The position numbers and the translations under genes were made by a program. From Octopus sinensis (taxonomy: Eukaryota): DNA of 64,000 nucleotides. The first letter of the stretch is position 1. Every line of letters starts with the position of its first letter. Location of the stretch: the NCBI RefSeq assembly GCF_006345805.1, contig NC_042997.1, positions 143,282,001 through 143,346,000 on the forward strand, written 5' to 3'. This document shows, piece by piece, positions 38,990 through 50,049 of the stretch. The notes below the pieces were generated by a model. The model was not told the DNA's origin and searched no databases. It saw nothing but the letters and a program-made list of their open reading frames with translations.

Positions 38990-39940
38990 AGATGTAAGTG
39001 CTACCAGTTGAATACCTTGCATATTGGATGTTAGCCATATTGGAATCATCAGGAGAGAATGCGTGCTGTTTTGGGGCCTTCCTCTCGATGGCATCATTGT
39101 ACATCGGCCCCCACCACTCACTGAAATGAAGCCCTACTTGCTAGATCAACTGGTTATAAGGTTTCACTCAGTATTCTTCTAGCCATTGCCCATCATCTCT
39201 TTTTAATCAAATCCAGTGGCTTGCCTTTTCCCTTGTAGTCTGGATATCACTCATGGTGGTATTTGCTTTACGATGAGTTAGGCCTAGCAAGAACAACAGT
39301 CCCATCACACTGTGTCCAATGAATCCTCAACATCTGACTTCCATTGAAAAATGCTCTGTTTTCCAGCCTGCATCTTTACATTCCTCAAGCAGGTTTTCAT
39401 AAGGGTTGATCTTTCATGCCTGTGCAGCATCCAAGTTATCTTCACAAGGAACCATTAATTCAACTAGATTTACCAGTTTCTTTTTTTCACACCATATGAT
39501 AATATCCAGTTTCTTCATAACAGGAATGGTGAAGAATTCTTGGCACCCTGGTAAATCTGCAGCCACCTTCCAACAGCCATTTCACCTTTCATCATGCACA
39601 GGAAGTTTCTTCATCTTCTTCAAATGTCCTGTGTGCATGAAGTTAACGGAATCTCTTGTTGGTTTCTTTAGTGTTTTATTTTTTTTTTGTCACTGTTAAT
39701 GAGAGCAATTTGGTTGGTTTATAGCATTTAAGATGACCTTAAGGACCAGATTGTGTCTTCATGTATATCTATTCAATGCCAGCGAACAGTTGGAAAGACT
39801 ATGTTTCAGTGTTTCGACTTCTCTGCATCTGCATTTATCATTCTCTGATAAGGTCCATCTTACTAGGTTTGTAGGCAATGACAAGACATAAAATGCAGTA
39901 GATGTTAAACATGGAATGCAATGATTCGATGCAGCTGTTA
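38990..39940 (-). mobile_element. Degraded RLE-type non-LTR retrotransposon (HERO/R2-group) 3' end
   Basis: LPTNLVRW; zinc knuckle C-C-ETLKHSLSNC; RYT*RHNLVL; (P)D-like LDIIIW; VELMVPCE; K..YENL.EEC..AGW; EVRC*GF; stop at 39168-39170. Confidence 0.85.
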
Positions 39941-40033
39941 GAAAACTAATGATCTGTACTTTTTTGGTGCTACAGAACGACACATACAAAAACATACACA
40001 AACTAATAGAAAGAGGGAAAAAGAGAGACTTAC

Positions 40034-40100
40034 AATTTATTAACCGCACATAACTGACCTAAATATCTTCTCTGTCTTCATAAACATAAAGAGAAATATG
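40034..40100 (-). other. Candidate non-coding exon (67 nt)
   Basis: Acceptor ctctctccctctttcag and donor GTAAGT on the minus strand; stops in all three frames. Confidence 0.4.
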
Positions 40101-40244
40101 CTGAAAGAGGGAGAGAGAGAGAGAGATACACACACACACACTGAAACGTTTTATGTCAAATAAGTCAGCACTGAATCAACGACGCCCAAACGGCTGTGCC
40201 GAAATGACTCACAACCTGTTAAACTATAATATTGGTTTCAAATG

Positions 40245-40435
40245 TCGACACAATGCCAGTAATTTCGGGGGAGGGGTAAATTGATTATATCGACCCCAGT
40301 GCTCAACTGGTACTTATTTTATTGACCCTGAAAGGATAAAAGGCAAAGTCGACCTCAGCGGAATTTGAACTCAAAATGTAGAGATGAATGAAATGCAGCT
40401 AACTGCTTGCTAACGTTTCTGCCAGCTCGCTGCTT
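40245..40435 (-). mobile_element. SINE family B
   Basis: Reverse-strand match with internal deletion. Confidence 0.75.
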
Positions 40436-41382
40436 TAAAATGCACTATATATATTCTTTTAAACTCTAAGGATGTGGGTGTTTTATGAATGGACAAAGAT
40501 AATAAAGAGCCAGTGATCTATTAAGGAATTTGTATTATGAATAAACCACATGCTTAGATACTTTATAACAATAGGGATTGAAGCGTGAGCGAAAAATAGA
40601 AAAAGCTTACACGGAAAAGTATGTGAATGACAACAAATTAGAATTAGCTAAAAAAAGAGAAAAAGAATCGTTAGAAAAAATGGCTTTACTTGTTATCAAT
40701 AATGGAATAAGAGAATTTGGCATAGGGAGGGGCAAAACAACAAAAATGCGATTATCAAAAGTAAAATGGAAAACAATGGAAAATATAATAGCTAAAATAT
40801 TTTGATACCGGAAAGTAATTTAAACACTCGTAATTTTATGTTAGAGAGGGGTGGGGTTATAAAGGTCGCAGGCACCGCTGCTTCCACCAGATCCAGCAAG
40901 GAAAGTAAAGAAAGAAATGTGTCTCAACATGTCGCAGTCCAGTGACAGAAACATGTAGAAGATAAAAAGATACTAAGACCAAGCACGTTATTGTTGTTTA
41001 GCCCCAGCTCAATCCAGAACCAGTAGACCTATGATCACAAAGGTATTGCGTCCATGATATTATCTTTGTTTTTTTTTTTCGGACAACATTATCCAAAGTC
41101 CTTCCCTTTTAAGATGACCTGAGAGAGATTTGGTTAGTACTCTAGCAGGTCGAGCAACAGCATTTGAACTCCCATATTGGTTTGTCCCGTTTTATCGATG
41201 CTTATAACTAAATACTCCATTTTCACTTTTGCTTATTAAGAACATATTTCTCTTCAATAAAGGAAACAGCGCTATCAAGACTATTTAGAATTTCAATTCT
41301 TTGTAGAGAGTCAATAACCAATAAGGACTGAAGGATTTTGTCAATGCTTACCTTAACACCCGGCCACACACACAAAAAAATG

Positions 41383-41796
41383 GGCGATCTTTCGTCTCTA
41401 GTAGACCTTTCCGTCGATTTACGTAAAAAATTTTCTTTTTTTACATATGGGCTTGCGGGAACTTTTGAAGTAATATACATACATATACACATACACCGAG
41501 TAAACAATTTCAGTTATCTCTTTCTTTCACAAAATTACTCTGTCTCTTCACACACACTAACAGAAGCACTTCACTTACACAACATGCTGTCTGTCTCCCA
41601 CACCTCATCAAACACACACGCACATGTACATCAATGCTTCACATGCACGGTAACTTCAAAAGAACTTCCCTCGTCATACAATCGCTTTCTTATTCTCTTT
41701 CGCTCTCATTACTTCAAAAGTTCCCGCAAGCCCATATGTAAAAAAAAAAATTTTACGGAAATCGACGGAAAGGTCTACTAGAGACGAAAGATTGCC
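41383..41796. mobile_element. MITE with ~100-bp TIRs starting GGC(G/A)ATCTTTCG
   Basis: ttcgtctctagtagacctttccgtcgattt...catatgggcttgcgggaacttttgaagtaat and its reverse complement; TSD not clear. Confidence 0.8.
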
Positions 41797-42239
41797 AACG
41801 AATTTTTAGATTAATTTATTTTTCGTTTGAATAATAGAAAAAGGTTTAAAAAAAAGATCCCATGTACCATGGTGAGAGAAACAAATTCATAAATTCGGTG
41901 TTGAATATGGTTTCACTATAGAAAAAAGTTAAGGGCGAGTTAGCTGTTGTTTTTAGCACATCTCACGACCATCTGATACCTTCTTTGTTTAATATTTTCG
42001 GTTATTTACTGTAAGTTCTCCCGGTCACCAATAAGCAGGTTAACAAGCCGAATAGGGGTAGAAAGAGATGTATTGAATATTTTACAATATAAGCCTAATG
42101 GCAGTAGGAAGAGCTGTATTGAATGTTTTACAGTATTGAAAATGCGCAATCGCAAGAGGAGCTGTAGCGAATGTTTTACAGGTGTTATTAGTGAACGACA
42201 TCAAGAATCAGTATAGTCTTCCGTGTCACCAGGAACCTT

Positions 42240-43439
42240 GGTGACACGGAATCTTGCAGCCACCAAAAGAAACTTAGAGACGGCTCATATGAAAAGTAAC
42301 CGAGCGACGTACTGCTTCAGGTTGCCAGGCCTAATTCCGGGTCGAATAATGCACTTCTTGAGGCTTCCCAATAAACGCTCAATATTTTGCATGTCAATAG
42401 ATGGGTTAAAGGAGTCAACAAAATGTCCACTATGGTTAACCTGATGGTGCGATTTTGGCACTAATCTATGGAGAGCCTCGGGGCTCCCAGCATACCGAAT
42501 TTGATGGTTTGAAAAGGCGCATGGTCATATTATATTAGGCGCACCCCAAATTCAGCAGTGCATGTTCAGGAAGAACGTTTTTAATATATTAAAGCTTACA
42601 GGTGACTCAATTTCGCATATAAGATGCGGGAGCATTTTTGAGACAATGTTTGGGGTGAAGAGGAGGGAGATTATATGGCATCAAATACAGCATATATGGA
42701 ATTTGAAAGTTTTGGGGTGATCTTTTATTTCGTGTGTGGTATAATGGCGGATAACAAAGAGAAAAGAAAACAACTAACCCAGCAAACTGAGGTCTCCATT
42801 TCGTGTGAAATATCGCCCACAACTTGTTAGTATAAATGACACCAAGTAAACTCAAAAGATTTTGTCTAGAGCTCCATGCATCGTATGATATCCACTTTCA
42901 ATTAAATCTTTGTCCCCTTTATTGTTTGTGTGTAATGTTGCATTGTTGGGATCTATGGCATGAAGATTGGTTTATCAGTTGATTTCATTTTACTATCTTG
43001 CTGCCAAGATTGCCGGCTGTTGTTGGAATATTTCTAATATGTTCAGTGAACGAAACATTCTATTGGGGAATGAAACTAGGTTGTCACCGTCCATCACTTA
43101 AATATAATCATACAAACTGAGCTATTTCTACACCAATTACGACTTTAACCTGAGATAATCTTTGATTCTGAGCGTGTATTATAGTTACGGAAACAAATTA
43201 CAATCTGATTATATCATGATACTGAAAGAAAAATATTAAGAAAATCATACCTTGTTTTGTGGGTGTTTGGTACTGACTCAGGATTGTCAGTTTGAATTCA
43301 GGTAATAAAAGGTCACGGCAATAAAGTCAGGGATTTTATCTTGGGGGTTGTCCGGATCCCATAAATTAATTGTGACTCCCCCCCCCCTGACTTTATTACT
43401 GGCCACCATAAATTAATTGTGACTTTATTACCGGTCACC
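42240..43439 (-). mobile_element. Probable Merlin element boundaries
   Basis: GGTGACACGG at 42240 and CCGGTCACC at 43431-43439; subterminal gactttatta repeats at 43301-43430; no matching TSD found. Confidence 0.45.
42285..42510 (-). pseudogene. Merlin/IS1016-type (IS1595 family) transposase C-terminal remnant
   Basis: H.VNHSGHFVD...MQNIERL.GSLK....G....YVARLLF*, matching the Merlin motif VNHS..FVD..HTQ.IE..W..K. Confidence 0.75.
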
Positions 43440-44393
43440 ATCAATTTAATGCTTCTCACACTAAATTTAGTGCCTTTTCAGCGCAAAAATTCATCGATTT
43501 AAGTACTCGCGTACTTAACTCGATGAATGATTTTAATGCTTTTTATTATAATTTATGACTCAAGTCAGTGCCTTTCTATTAAAGTAAAATCGGAACTTAA
43601 TTCGGAATTTTCTGTCCATTATTCAGGCACAAACATTTTGCGACAAGAAAAAAAAAACAAACTATTTTCTACTCTTCTTAAAACAAATCTGAAGTTCAGA
43701 GTTAACAAAAAGTTTGAAGTGGAAACAAAAGGCCCCACTACATTATTGAATGATCTTCAGTATCTCATTGATTCGCTCTGTTCAATAATTATATTGTCAG
43801 GAAAGAAGCTAAATGAAAATAATTCAGTGCAAGATTATTTAGATCCGAAGCCATCCATAAATTGGTTATCAATTTGAGGAAATTCCAATATACATTTCTA
43901 TTTACTGAGCAACAAAATGAAGTAAGAGGCGGATACATAAAATTTGTTGAAATTTCGGAGTAAAATAAATAGATAATTCCTAATAATTTTCGTCTTTTAC
44001 AATCAATAAGTAAAAGTTTTAGTGTAACAGAATGGTTGAAACCAATAAAACCTGGAATTATAAACCTTGCCAAGCATTTTAAAGAAGATTCAGACATTCT
44101 GACAAAAAATTAAATTTTCACTGGAAAATTTTTTTTAATATATGATGGATACAGGTTTTAGAGTTTCTTTCTGGATTGAAGTATCATCATTTTAGGATTG
44201 AACTGGGGGAAATCCATTTGAACATTTGTCTAAGTTAACTTTAGAACTTCTTATTTTTTCACTTGTAAATGCTGACAAATGTAGACAGAATATTTAGCCA
44301 CACGAATTTTATGAAATCAAATGAACGTAACCGTCTAAGCAGAAAAGATTTGAAATTTTGAACATCAAATATGGATTTAAGCAAAGTTGTAAA

Positions 44394-44535
44394 TTTTATT
44401 GTGTCTGGGGAGAGTCATTCTCTTTTAGTGCATTATTAGTTAAAAATAAATATGTAAATGAGTGGAAATCGAACCGGTGAGTGTGTTAAGTAATAAGGCA
44501 CTAAAAGAAAATTACTCTCTCCAGACACAATAAAA
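44394..44535. mobile_element. MITE, short derivative of the 8699 family
   Basis: ~45-bp TIR ttttattgtgtctggggagagtcattctcttttagtgc / gcactaaaagaaaattactctctccagacacaataaaa. Confidence 0.8.
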
Positions 44536-44627
44536 TATGCTTCAACACACGAATTCATATAAAGAATCTTGCAAATCAAATACAAAAACGAAGTAGTAAA
44601 TGTTATGACTATAAATTACCTAACAGG

Positions 44628-44838
44628 TGGTGGGGTCTGGCAGAATCGTTAGCACGCCGGACGAAATGCTAAGCATTTCGTCCGTCTTTATATTCTGAGT
44701 TCAAATCTTGTCGAGGTCGACTTTGCCTTTCATTCTTTCGGCGTCAATAAATTAAGTACCAGTTGAGTCCAGGGTCGATGTAAGCGACTAGTCTCCTTCC
44801 CCAAAATTTCAGGCCTCCTGCTTACAGTAGAAAGGACG
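44628..44838 (+). mobile_element. SINE family B, CpG-intact
   Basis: ctggcagaatcgttagcacgccggacgaaatgc...gtcgaggtcgactttg. Confidence 0.8.
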
Positions 44839-45189
44839 ATTATAAACTACATGGCGAACTACGAAAAAAAAAAAAAAAAAAGGTTCCATGGATGCTTATA
44901 AATCATGTAAAACTGCAGCTTTATACATCAAAAGAAATTGATAAGGAAATCTGCGAAAATATTGTGAAGTAATCATGTATTTATGTAATTATGTTAATTT
45001 TATTTTAATTTAATTAAAATTGAAAATTATAAGAATCTTTTGATATTTATTCGTATTTATGTTGTTGTTTTTTTTTTGCTTAGGATTTTTTTTTTGTACT
45101 TTTCATTTGTATTTAGTGTTTTTTAATGCCCTTTAGCTTTCGAAACAGTATTTGTAGAATTTTGAACTGGTAACCCTGAATTATTAGAG

Positions 45190-45482
45190 AACCCGTCCAT
45201 CAGTCATAAATGACCATGGGATTGTACCTAGAAAGTTCCCCACCGAATCATAAATCACCATGCATACCAGTACCCCCCCCCCCCCACTGATGTTATCCGA
45301 GGGAAATGCCGATAAAGCTTGGCATCAGTGACGCCGCAACTCATTTCTACAGCTGAGTGAACTGGAGCAACGTGAAATAAAGTGTTTTCTTCAAGAAACA
45401 CAACACACAGCCCGGTTCGGGAATCGAACTCATTATTTCATTATTGTGAGCTTGACACTCTAACCACTGAATCATGCACCTT
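45190..45482 (-). mobile_element. SINE family C
   Basis: Reverse-strand match to family C. Confidence 0.75.
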
Positions 45483-45630
45483 CTACACCACAGAATATAA
45501 AGCTATTACGTTAAGTATGACTGGAAATCTATGTCTCTCGGTTTAGAGGCTAAGCAAAAGACCACTGGCGCATATCGCATGCAAAATTATTTTTAAACAG
45601 GTTTCATAATTTGAAATTTAAGAAAAATTA

Positions 45631-46805
45631 GGATCTGGATCTTTTCAATTCTGAAGCCAGGACCACAGATCTTTCTACTTAACTAAATAATCTGAAACTT
45701 CGTATGCTGATAGAGTCTAGCAAAACAAGACACAGGTTGGAACTAGTTTATTTGAGAAAAATCTATTTTATGACTTTAATCGTAGATTAAAACTGCGAAT
45801 TTTAACCAATCAGATTGTTTGTTTTCATGTGTAAAACTTGACTGCATTCTATTAGTGTGACGTAGAAAGCGCTTTTGTGACGTACTAACGTTCGGAAAAT
45901 TGTAAACAAACACAGAACGTAACGGCAGACGAAATACGGCTACGCATTTCGCCCGGCGTGCTAACGTTTCTGCCAGCTCTTTGCTTTTTTAATATTAAAT
46001 TTCGGCGAAGTTTCTCTTGTCGTAGCACAAGTTTTCCGTCGATTTCCGTAAAAAACTTTTATTTTTTTACATAAGTAATGAGAGCGAAAGAGACTAAGGG
46101 GAAGCGATTTTATGACGAGGGAAGTTTGTCTTTGAAGTTACCGTCTAGGGGAAGCATTGATGTACATGTGTGTGTGTGTGTGTTTGATGGGGTGTGGGAG
46201 ACAGTATGTTGTGTAAGTGAAGTGCTTCTGTTAGTGTGTGTGAAGAGACAGAGAGAGTAATGTGTGAAAGAGAGAGATAACTGAAATTTTTTACTCGGTG
46301 TATGTGTATATGTATGTCTGCATGTATGTGTGTGTGTGTATGTATCTATGTATGTATGGCCGATTCATCGTAATTACGATGAATCGGCCATACATACATA
46401 CACACACACACATACATACACACACACATACTTACACATACATACACACACACATACATGCAGACATACATATACACATACACCGAGTAAAAAATTTCAG
46501 TTATCTCTCTCTTTCACACATTACTCTCTCTGTCTCTTCACACACGCTTGTTTACATTTAAGATGTTTAATACGTCACGAAATTGGTGGTCGAGACGGAG
46601 TAAATAAAATAAAGCCGAATGACGGAATATCATTGGTTAAAATTCTAATTATTAAACAACGTTAAACTTAGAAGTTACAATTCCGTTTTCATTCTGGTTT
46701 ACAATTAAGTTTACTTTTGACACATTCTACCAGTATACGAAGTTTCAAATTGTTTGGTTCAGTAGGAAAAATTTGAAAAAACTGGCTTCAGAATAGAAAA
46801 GATCC
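45631..46805. mobile_element. Long-TIR DNA element (GGATCTTTTC.ATTCTGAAGCCAG), TA-flanked
   Basis: 45631-45750 is an imperfect inverted copy of ~46690-46805, sharing ggatcttttc.attctgaagccag and tgaaacttcgtat.ctg.taga. Confidence 0.55.
46236..46545. repeat. Fold-back palindrome with a 54-bp spacerless core
   Basis: Outer ~95-bp arms near-perfect; core 46347-46400 centred on cgtaa|ttacg. Confidence 0.9.
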
Positions 46806-46807
46806 TA

Positions 46808-47514
46808 GGATCTAGTTTGTTTGGCTGCCAGTATTTAATAAATTTAAGTTTATCGAAAATTTTAAAATTTGGTACATTAATATACTTTTCCAAGCTGAAT
46901 TGCTGGAGTTATTTCACTTTTTCCAGAAAAATGTTTTGAATAAGTTATAACATTTTAAAGTTTGATCGTTTTCATCCAGTCAGGAAACAGGATTTGGAAG
47001 CTGTCACTTTGTGGGTGACTGCCCTGAAAGTAGCACGTGTTTTTTTTTAACCCCCTCAATTTTTTTTTAAATTGAAATTTTCAGAAAATCTTTGCGAATT
47101 TGTACTCTAAACACGGGAATTCAAACGATTATGCAAAAAATTCTTTAATGGGTGGGTGGGAGTGATTTAAGGCCTATTTAGCACATATCTCACGACCAAG
47201 ATACAAACAACAGAACACAGCGTCAACATACGTGACATCGCGTAGAATATATTTGTCAATCCACATGCTTTCTCGCTAACAAAAGATTTCTCATGTTTGG
47301 CTTGTTACTATGGAAACAGGCACGAATTTGTCTGTTGCTTACGGTTGGCTAAAATTACCCAAAATTTTCAAACTTTAATTGGTAATAACTCTTTATTGAT
47401 TTATAGCGAAAATGATTTTCACGTCATTCATTAGCCTATAAAAGTATATCATTACACTGAATATGAAATCAGTTCGAACATTAATTGATGCTGGCAGCCA
47501 AACCAACTAGATCC
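46808..47514. mobile_element. TIR element (GGATCTAGTT.GTTTGGCTGCCAG)
   Basis: ggatctagtttgtttggctgccagtatttaat / attaattgatgctggcagccaaaccaactagatcc. Confidence 0.65.
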
Positions 47515-47885
47515 AAAAATTATGTTAAAAGCTATCACTCGTCTTATTTTATTAATCAAACTTGTGTATAACAAAATTTTGAATAACCCGGTTTTCAAGA
47601 CACTCAAAATTTAATACATATTTTCTAAAACAGGCTCTCATACTCTCCATCGTACCCATTTGTTATGCTGTACAATTTTTAAAACATCAATGCAGTACCA
47701 AATGCTTCAGTTGGTTGTACGCCGCAAAGTTCAACGGAACCTATTGAAGCAAGCCAACACACTCGCGACATTATCACGGGCCATGGCGAGGCTAAAGCGT
47801 TGAAAAAGCCAAGCACCCACAAGAGCATCACACATGGGTATACCTACACAAAAGCCCCTCGCCCCGTGACTTTCCTACAAATACC

Positions 47886-48041
47886 GGCGAACCTTCGGTA
47901 TATGTACCGGATACATTTCAAAAAGTGTTTTTTTTATATATGGGGGGGGGGGGGGTTAGGGTTAAGGGGGGGAGAAAAGGGTTTCTGTTATCTTCAGAAA
48001 TGTAAATAAAGTCACGTGTGTACATATACCGAAGCATCGCC
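47886..48041. mobile_element. 156-bp MITE with GGCGA termini and a G-rich TTAGGG core
   Basis: TIR ggcgaaccttcggtatatgtac / gtacatataccgaagcatcgcc; TSD CAAATACC/CAAATACT (7 of 8). Confidence 0.8.
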
Positions 48042-50049
48042 CAAATACTTTTCAGACTGTAAATTATAATTATATCGAACTTTAATGTGAAAATAAAGAT
48101 AAAAATAATAATAATAATGGTGTGTGCGCGCATATACCATATTGACTTGCATAACAAATTTTTCAAGATTTCAAGTTTCATTTTGTTGATATATAATATG
48201 ATGTGTGTGTATGCGCAGCCACCAATTTTTTCTCTCATTAATTTCCAATATAATCGTAATGCACACTGTCTGAAAGGTATTTGTAGAAAATTTCATTAAG
48301 AAATATTCATTTCCTGTAAGTTCTGAGGAAACAAAGTGAGGAGTGGGTGCACACTTGTGCAAGCATCTCAAAATTTCTACTGACTCTGCTGGATGCTCAG
48401 TACTGACTTATAACACCCTAGAATATAAATGTATTACAGTAAGCGTGACTAGTTTACAGGTCATGTAAAAAAATGACTGGTGCAATTGCGAGGAAAATTA
48501 TTTCAAAAATATTTACCTATTCGAAAATTAAAAAAAATAATATTAAAAAAACAATTTCTTTTCCTGTTTTATTGATCAAACTTGTGCATGACAAAATTTT
48601 GAATAACCCGTTTTTCAAGACACTCAAGCATTAATATACGGGTTCTCTAAAACCGGATCTCACTCAGACGTTTTTCTCGAGTATAGGGGTGGGTGGCTGG
48701 GGCACAACGAGTAATATTTACTGCGCTTTTGACTTTCGAGAAAAATTTTTTTTTTTACACATGTTCACTACTTTACAAAAAGCAAAGCAACTAACCTTCT
48801 CTAACTACATTAAAAACACTACAACATATTCAGAACACTATTTCAGAAAATTATCTCCGTTCTCTTTGAACATGTAAAAGACAAATTTATCTGGGGCAAA
48901 ATAAGTAAGACAAGATTAGTTAAATTTGCCTCTTCAATTCTCCAGAATTACATTTGAAAAAAAGACTCATACACATTAATATCCATCTAGGTCAAATGAA
49001 AGAGGTTCATGGAAAAATGGCACATGATATGAAATACGATTAAATTTAAAAACTCAACATAAAATATTCTTTATAGTTTCACGATCTGCTGGAATCTTTC
49101 ATAAAGCAGCTGAAAGAAATTAATTACTCATTTTACCCCACTTTAGACATCATTCTTTCAAAATTGAAAATGATCAAGTTAGATATTAGGTAAAAATTGA
49201 TTTGGAATCCAACAGAGAAAAAAAATATTGATTGTTAAACTCCGAAAATTATTCAGATATTTTATTAGCAACCTCAATTACAGTCGGCTGTAAGTTGAAA
49301 TACTTGCTGAAAAACAAAAAAATGACCTGTCACTTAATTATGTCTCCAACTCTCAGCAACAACAATGCTGACTAATTTTTACTCCTGAAGATGACGCAAC
49401 AGTACAGAATGATGATGCAATACTTTCCATGTAATGGTTTCAAGCAAGTAGGGAGAAAATAACGAGAAATCAAATTGTTTTGCTCCAGTTTCAAATTTTC
49501 CCCCATCCCTACCGCCGTTCGTCATATCCGACAATATTTACCCATTCTAAAATGATTGTTCGGTACCATAAAAAAAGGTAATAAGTAGATACCAATGTTT
49601 AATTTGATATTAATTATTATATTTGGAACTCAAATTCCGCCGAGGTCAACTTTGCCTTTCATCCTTTCGCAGTCGATATAATTAGTACCAGCTGAGCAGT
49701 GGGGTCGATATAATCGATTTGTCGCCTTCCCTCAAAATTACTGGCTCTGTACCAAAATTTGAAACCAATTATTATATTTGGAACTCAAAATTTCATAAAC
49801 AATATATTTGATTTTTTTTCTCGATAAATACTATTTACTAAGTATAATGGTGCAAAGTAATTGGTTTCCTTTACTTCAAAATTTCAGTATTTTTTACAAA
49901 TGTGGTGGAATGAGATAGCACCATATTTTCTCTTGTGTTTGTGATTCGTGTATACCAGGGGTACACGAATCACAATTTGAAAACCCTGCTCTAAAGCCAG
50001 AAATTATATGTTTTAAATTTTACAACTCACGTAGATACTTCTTGCAATG

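Noticed and set aside
39042-39085. Type-II hammerhead in the HERO 3' UTR (AAAAC...CTGATGA on the minus strand)
   Set aside because: GAAA is absent and stems I-III cannot be formed convincingly.
40578-40805. 75-aa ORF with faint LINE-endonuclease flavour (VINNG..G.G.T)
   Set aside because: Low-complexity purine-rich sequence; no catalytic motifs.
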